The translations under genes were made by a program, and so were the position numbers. The notes beneath the pieces are model-generated. The model saw only the letters and a list, made by a program, of their open reading frames with translations. It had not been told where the DNA came from and ran no database searches. From Trueperaceae bacterium (GTDB taxonomy: Bacteria > Deinococcota > Deinococci > Deinococcales > Trueperaceae), in contig CBDCDZ010000004.1 of the NCBI GenBank assembly GCA_965215565.1, positions 2,624,001 to 2,688,000 of the forward strand: a stretch of DNA of 64,000 nucleotides, read 5' to 3'. Below are positions 58,846-64,000 of this stretch, in pieces. Each line of letters begins with the position of its first letter. The stretch's first letter is position 1.

Positions 58846-60186
58846 ATGAGCGATGCTGTTGCAGAGCGTCCAAAACCAATAACAAGCCGTAAAGATTCGC
58901 GCTTTGAAGTGACGATGTACAAGCACGTGGGCGTGGAGAACGCCTGGGCGCTTGACTACTATCTGGAGCACGGCGGCTACGAAGCGGCGAAAAAGGCTTT
59001 GAAAATGGAGCCGAAAGAGGTTGTGAATACCGTTAAATCGTCCGGTTTACGCGGACGCGGCGGCGCGGGCTTCCCGACGGGGGTGAAGTGGTCCTTCATG
59101 CCTCCCGCCGACGAGCGGCAGCGCTTTTTGGTTTGCAACGCAGACGAGTCGGAGCCGGGCTCGTTCAAGGACCGCTACATCTGCGAGGACGACCCCCACC
59201 AGCTCATCGAAGGTTTGCTCATTGGCTGCTACGCGATTGAGGCGACCATCGGTGTCATCTACATTCGCGGTGAGTACTACAAGGGCTATGACCGTTTGCA
59301 AAGAGCGATTATTGACGCCAGGGAAGCGGGCTACCTGGGCAAAAACATCTTCGACTCAGGCTTCGACTTCGACATCATCTTGCACCGGGGCTCGGGCGCG
59401 TACATCTGCGGTGAAGAGACCTCGCTGATGAACTCGTTCGAGGGGTTGCGGGCGAATCCGCGCTTAAAGCCGCCTTTCCCCGCGCAAGCAGGCGTGTACG
59501 GACGCCCGACGAGCATCAACAACGTGACCTCTTTAACTAGCGTCGTCCACATCATCAACAACGGCGCGGAGTGGTTCTCGAGCATGGGCACGGACGACTC
59601 GAAGGGGACGAAGCTCTATCAAATCAGCGGACCCGTCGCGAAGCCGGGCGTGTACGAACTGCCGATGGGCGCGACCTTCCGCGAGTTGATTTATGACCTA
59701 GCGGGCGGTCCCACCGAAGAGGTCAAGGCGCTCATCCCCGGCGGCTCCTCCACACCGATGCTACGTTTCGACGACGACACGCTCGATACGCCGATGGACT
59801 ACGGCTCCATCACCAAGAAAGGTTCGATGCTCGGGACGGGCGGCGTCATCCTCATCCCGAAAGAGAAGTGCATCGTCAACGCGACGTGGAACCTAGTGCG
59901 CTTCTACGCGCACGAGTCGTGTGGGAAGTGTACGCCCTGCCGCGAGGGAATCAGCGGGTGGATGACGAAGATGTATCAGAAGTTGGTGAAGGGACTAGGG
60001 GAGCCGGGGGACTTGGAGCTTATCGAAAACATGTCCGTCAACATCAAAGGTAAGTCGTTCTGTCCCTTGGCAGATGCGTGTTTAGGCCCAGTTCAGTCGA
60101 GTGTGGAACTCTTCCGCGAAGAATATGTGCATTTAATCGAAAACGGCGAGCCGATGTACCCGAGAGAGGAGTGGTGGGCGGAGTGA
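58846..60186 (+). CDS. nuoF: NADH-quinone oxidoreductase subunit F
   Basis: [29 protein letters not shown]. Confidence 0.97.
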   Translation: MSDAVAERPKPITSRKDSRFEVTMYKHVGVENAWALDYYLEHGGYEAAKKALKMEPKEVVNTVKSSGLRGRGGAGFPTGVKWSFMPPADERQRFLVCNADESEPGSFKDRYICEDDPHQLIEGLLIGCYAIEATIGVIYIRGEYYKGYDRLQRAIIDAREAGYLGKNIFDSGFDFDIILHRGSGAYICGEETSLMNSFEGLRANPRLKPPFPAQAGVYGRPTSINNVTSLTSVVHIINNGAEWFSSMGTDDSKGTKLYQISGPVAKPGVYELPMGATFRELIYDLAGGPTEEVKALIPGGSSTPMLRFDDDTLDTPMDYGSITKKGSMLGTGGVILIPKEKCIVNATWNLVRFYAHESCGKCTPCREGISGWMTKMYQKLVKGLGEPGDLELIENMSVNIKGKSFCPLADACLGPVQSSVELFREEYVHLIENGEPMYPREEWWAE

Positions 60187-62603
60187 AAGTTAAAGTTAAC
60201 GGTAACGAATTAGACCTCGAGCCTGGCACCTCAGCCATCGACGCCGTCTTCGCCGCTGGCTACGACGTGCCCTACTTCTGCTCGCAGGAGTACATGTCGC
60301 CCATCGGCGCGTGCCGTATGTGCTTGGGCAAAGTCGGTGCGCCGCGCAAAGACCGCGAGACGGGCGAGTGGATTAAAGACGAGGAGACGGGCGAGCCGAA
60401 AGTGTTCTTCTTCCCTAACCTGATGGCGACCTGCACAACTGCCATTATGGAGGGGATGGTCATCGACACGCAGTCCAAAGAGGTCAAGCAGGCGCAGTCG
60501 GGGATGATGGAGTTCACGCTCATCAACCACCCGCTGGACTGTCCTGTCTGCGACAAGGGTGGCGCGTGCGAACTACAAGACCGCGCGTATGAATACGGCT
60601 CCGGGACGACGCGCTTCGACTTCGACAAGCGCCACCAAGAAAAGCATCACGCTTTAAGTGAACTCATCACCTTGGACCGCGAGCGCTGCATCCACTGTAA
60701 GCGGTGCGTGCGCTACTTCGAAGAGGTGCCGAGCGATGAGGTCTTGGACTTCATCGACCGAGGCGGGCACACCTACATCGGCAACGTCGAGGACGGGCTG
60801 CCCTCGAACTTCACGGGGAACATCACGGACATGTGTCCGGTGGGTGCATTGCTGGACACGACCTCTCGTTTTAGAGGGCGCAACTGGGAGTATGACCACA
60901 CGCGCTCGACCTCTATGGATGATTCGTCGGGTAGCGCGGTGATGATTGACGCCCGCACGGGTCGAATTGAGCGCATCAAGGCGGCGCGGAATACGCAGAT
61001 TAACCTCGATTGGCTGGATGACGGCACGCGCTTTGGGCATGAGTACGCGAACGCGGAAGATAGACTCAAGACGCCGATGATTCGTAAGGGTGAGACCCTC
61101 GAGCCCGCCACCTGGGAAGAAGCCGCTGAGTTCATCAAGGGTAAGCTCGAGTCTTTGGGTGACAGTATTGGGATCGTACTAAGAGCGGACGCGACGCTCG
61201 AGGAAGCCGTCGCCGCGAAAGCCCTAGCCGAACAGCTCGGCACGGGTCACTTAGACCACTTCCCGCGCCCTGCCGCCTCGGTGATTCCAACCGCCGAGCC
61301 TGCGACCTTCACGGATGTCGCCACGAGTGACGGCATCTTCGTCATCGGTGATGTGACCGAAGAGGTGCCGATTTTAGACCTCCGCATCAAAGACGCGCTC
61401 AAAGGTGTGCCGCCCGCCGACCTCATGCCGCACGGCGTTCCTATCGCCGACTTGCGCCTCAAGGAGCGGATGCCGCGCAAGCACGGGATTTTGACCGTCG
61501 CCGCGCCCTACCGCGCGGATTTGATGCAGCACGCGGGGCGGGGGCTCGAGTACGCTGCAGGTCAAGAGGTCAAACTTCTCACCTCTTTATTAAATGTAGC
61601 GAATGGGGAAGAGGTCAGCGGCGCGGATGAACTTGGCTTAGACGCGGAACACCTCTCCAAATTAGTTGAAGAACTCAAAGCTGCTGAGAACCCCGTCATT
61701 GTTTACGGCGCGTTCGTCCTCGCCTCACCTGAAGCGGTTAAGAAGGCGAACAAGTTGGCGGAAGCGGTTGGCGCGAAGGTTATGCCGCTAGGACCGATGG
61801 CGAACTCGTATGGGTTGGAAGCGTTCGAGGTTCTCCCACAAGGTAAGAACTATCAAAAGATGATTAACGGAGAGGTCAAGGGTCTCTTTCTCTCGGGTTT
61901 GAATCCTGCGCAGAATAAATATGTCGCAAGTGTCTTCAAGAGTCTGAGTCTGCTCGTTGTCCACGACTCTTTCCCAACCGAGACAACCGAACTCGCTGAC
62001 GTCGTCCTCCCGGCGAAAACAGGTTACGAGAAAGAGGGGGTAGTGGTGAACCTCGAGGGGCGCTACCTCCCTGTCCACCCTGCACCTGTTGACGGCGGTC
62101 AATCGGAGAACTTCACCGGGCTCGTCAAAGCGTTAGGCGAAGCGATGGGGACACGGATGGACGGGCGCAGCTTGCGGAGTGCGCGGCGGATGCTCAGGAA
62201 GCAGCGCGACCTCGACTTGGATGAACTGCCCGTCGAAGGTCAAATCATCGTCAGCGAGCCTAAAGCCACTGCTGGACGAGAGGTCAGTGCAGAAGGCAAC
62301 CTCTTACTCGTGCCGAGCATGGTCAAAGCGGAGCGTTTAAGCCGTAACCCGCACATGGTGGCGGCGTATAGCGAAGCGCCTTTGCGCATCAGTGCGGATG
62401 ATGCAAAGAAAGAGGGTCTGGCAAACGGCGAACTCGTCATTTTAACTGTCGCTGGCTTCACCCGCCGCGCACAGGTTAAAGTATCTGACGCTATGCCACA
62501 AGGACTCATGACCCTGCCCGTACTGCCCGAACAACCCACTCAACTCGTTCAGTTCGACCTCTCGAGCGTCCAACGCGAACGCCAAGCGGAGGCTGCCGAC
62601 TGA
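60183..62603 (+). CDS. nuoG: NADH-quinone oxidoreductase subunit G
   Basis: [35 protein letters not shown] overlaps the nuoF stop. Confidence 0.96.
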   Translation: MKVKVNGNELDLEPGTSAIDAVFAAGYDVPYFCSQEYMSPIGACRMCLGKVGAPRKDRETGEWIKDEETGEPKVFFFPNLMATCTTAIMEGMVIDTQSKEVKQAQSGMMEFTLINHPLDCPVCDKGGACELQDRAYEYGSGTTRFDFDKRHQEKHHALSELITLDRERCIHCKRCVRYFEEVPSDEVLDFIDRGGHTYIGNVEDGLPSNFTGNITDMCPVGALLDTTSRFRGRNWEYDHTRSTSMDDSSGSAVMIDARTGRIERIKAARNTQINLDWLDDGTRFGHEYANAEDRLKTPMIRKGETLEPATWEEAAEFIKGKLESLGDSIGIVLRADATLEEAVAAKALAEQLGTGHLDHFPRPAASVIPTAEPATFTDVATSDGIFVIGDVTEEVPILDLRIKDALKGVPPADLMPHGVPIADLRLKERMPRKHGILTVAAPYRADLMQHAGRGLEYAAGQEVKLLTSLLNVANGEEVSGADELGLDAEHLSKLVEELKAAENPVIVYGAFVLASPEAVKKANKLAEAVGAKVMPLGPMANSYGLEAFEVLPQGKNYQKMINGEVKGLFLSGLNPAQNKYVASVFKSLSLLVVHDSFPTETTELADVVLPAKTGYEKEGVVVNLEGRYLPVHPAPVDGGQSENFTGLVKALGEAMGTRMDGRSLRSARRMLRKQRDLDLDELPVEGQIIVSEPKATAGREVSAEGNLLLVPSMVKAERLSRNPHMVAAYSEAPLRISADDAKKEGLANGELVILTVAGFTRRAQVKVSDAMPQGLMTLPVLPEQPTQLVQFDLSSVQRERQAEAAD

Positions 62604-63613
62604 TGGCGGACCCCTTACTCGTCACCTTTATCAAGGCGCTCGTCATGTGCTTCACGCTTTTGGGCGCGTTCGCCTACATGACCCTCGTTGAGCGCCGCCT
62701 CTTAGGGCGGATGCAGCACCGCTACGGACCCAACCGCGTCGGACCGTTCGGGCTCTTGCAGCCCATCGCGGACGCGATTAAGTCGGTCTTCAAAGAGGAC
62801 ATCACGGTTTCTGCGTCGGACAAATTCGTCTACTTCCTCGCGCCTTTCTTGAGCATCACGCTTGCCTTAACCGCGTTCGGCGCGATTCCGGCGGGACCAG
62901 AGGGAAGTCTGCTCGGCTATAACCCCTGGATTATGGACTTGGACATCGGACTTCTCTTCATCCTCGCCGCGACGAGTGTGGCAGTCTACGGTATCTTCTT
63001 GGCGGGCTGGGCATCGAACAGCAAGTACTCGCTCCTCGGCGGACTCCGCTCCTCGGCGCAGATGATTTCGTACGAACTCGGGCTCGGGCTCTCCATTCTC
63101 GGCGTCATCATGATTACGGGGACGCTCAATCTGCGCGAAATCGTGGAGTATCAAGAGGGGTGGCGTCTGATGCTCCTCTTGCAGCCTGTCGCGTTCGTGA
63201 CGTTCGTTATTTCCGCCGTTGCAGAAGTGAACCGCACGCCCTTCGACTTGCCCGAAGCGGAGCAGGAGATTGTGGCGGGGTACTTGACGGAGTACTCGAG
63301 CATCAAGTGGGCGCTCTTCCAGATGGCGGAGTACGTCAACATGATGACCTCGGCGGCGTTTATCAGCACGCTCTTTCTGGGCGGCTGGCGCGGTCCGGTC
63401 TTCTTGGATGCGTTCATTCCGGGTGCGAGTTCGGTTCCTTTCGTCTGGCTGATTGCGAAGATGGCGATTTTCATGTTTCTTTTCATCTGGCTCCGCGCCA
63501 CGCTGCCGCGCTTTCGCTACGACCAGCTCATGCGCTTCGGCTGGATTTGGCTCTTTGAAATTGCCCTGGCGAGTGCGATTGTGACGGGTGCGGTGATTGC
63601 GTTCGTGTTGTAA
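62603..63613 (+). CDS. nuoH: NADH-quinone oxidoreductase subunit H
   Basis: [34 protein letters not shown]. Confidence 0.97.
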   Translation: MADPLLVTFIKALVMCFTLLGAFAYMTLVERRLLGRMQHRYGPNRVGPFGLLQPIADAIKSVFKEDITVSASDKFVYFLAPFLSITLALTAFGAIPAGPEGSLLGYNPWIMDLDIGLLFILAATSVAVYGIFLAGWASNSKYSLLGGLRSSAQMISYELGLGLSILGVIMITGTLNLREIVEYQEGWRLMLLLQPVAFVTFVISAVAEVNRTPFDLPEAEQEIVAGYLTEYSSIKWALFQMAEYVNMMTSAAFISTLFLGGWRGPVFLDAFIPGASSVPFVWLIAKMAIFMFLFIWLRATLPRFRYDQLMRFGWIWLFEIALASAIVTGAVIAFVL

Positions 63614-63659
63614 GTGGCTAGTTGTGAGTGGTTAGGGATGAGTTGGAGGAGTGAGGTTT

Positions 63660-64000
63660 ATGAGCAAGGCTGAAGTCATTTCAATCTTCACCGCACCCGA
63701 GGCGGAAGCGCCGATGGAGACGGTGGAATCTGTAGAGGCTGTCGAAGGACAAGGCTTGAAGGGTGACCGTTACTTCAAGGACGAAGGGACGTTCTCCGGC
63801 AAAGTCGAATCGCCTTCCGATGAGGTCACGCTGATCGAGTCCGAGATGGTGGAGGCGTTTAACGAGCGCGGGGAAACGACCTTAGAACCTCACGCCTTCC
63901 GCCGCAACCTCTTGACCAAAGGGGTCAGCTTGAACGCCTTAGTTGGTCAAACCTTCAAAGTTGGCGACGTGACCCTAAAAGGGACGCGGCTTTGCGAGCC
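63660..64000 (+). CDS. MOSC domain protein (partial)
   Basis: Translated by hand: MSKAEVISIF...GLKGDRY...VTLIE...RRNLLT...LVGQTFKVG...RLCE. Confidence 0.85.
   Translation, partial: MSKAEVISIFTAPEAEAPMETVESVEAVEGQGLKGDRYFKDEGTFSGKVESPSDEVTLIESEMVEAFNERGETTLEPHAFRRNLLTKGVSLNALVGQTFKVGDVTLKGTRLCE

Overview
Bacterial chromosome segment spanning the replication origin, most likely from a Deinococcota member (Truepera-like). The placement rests on the divergent dnaA-[oriC]-dnaN and mnmG-rsmG-parA-parB layout, Deinococcus/Thermus-type Nuo subunits and a leaderless promoter; it is an inference, not a database result. Housekeeping content: yceD-rpmF, fabH-fabD-fabG-acpP-fabF, ribose and amino-acid ABC transporters, dnaA/dnaN, a 13-box oriC with a DnaA-trio/GGCC unwinding motif, three perfect parS sites, mdh and nuoA-H. 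Accessory content: two SARP/STAND regulators flanking a PGI homolog with degenerate catalytic motifs, a type III PKS cluster, orphan or broken TA modules, low-GC orphan genes and several dispersed palindromic repeat families. The most unusual feature is at about 32.8-36.9 kb: a tandem array of six highly diverged but apparently homologous ~100-120 aa proteins. Each is packaged as its own unit (TAnnnT -10 box, 5' hairpin, ORF, intrinsic terminator, and often a 3' hairpin and a variable-length upstream stem-loop). A HigBA toxin-antitoxin cassette sits in the middle in the opposite orientation, between two copies of the unit-boundary repeat. It resembles a cassette array, but it has no attC sites and no integrase in this window. 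No rRNA, tRNA or CRISPR array was seen.
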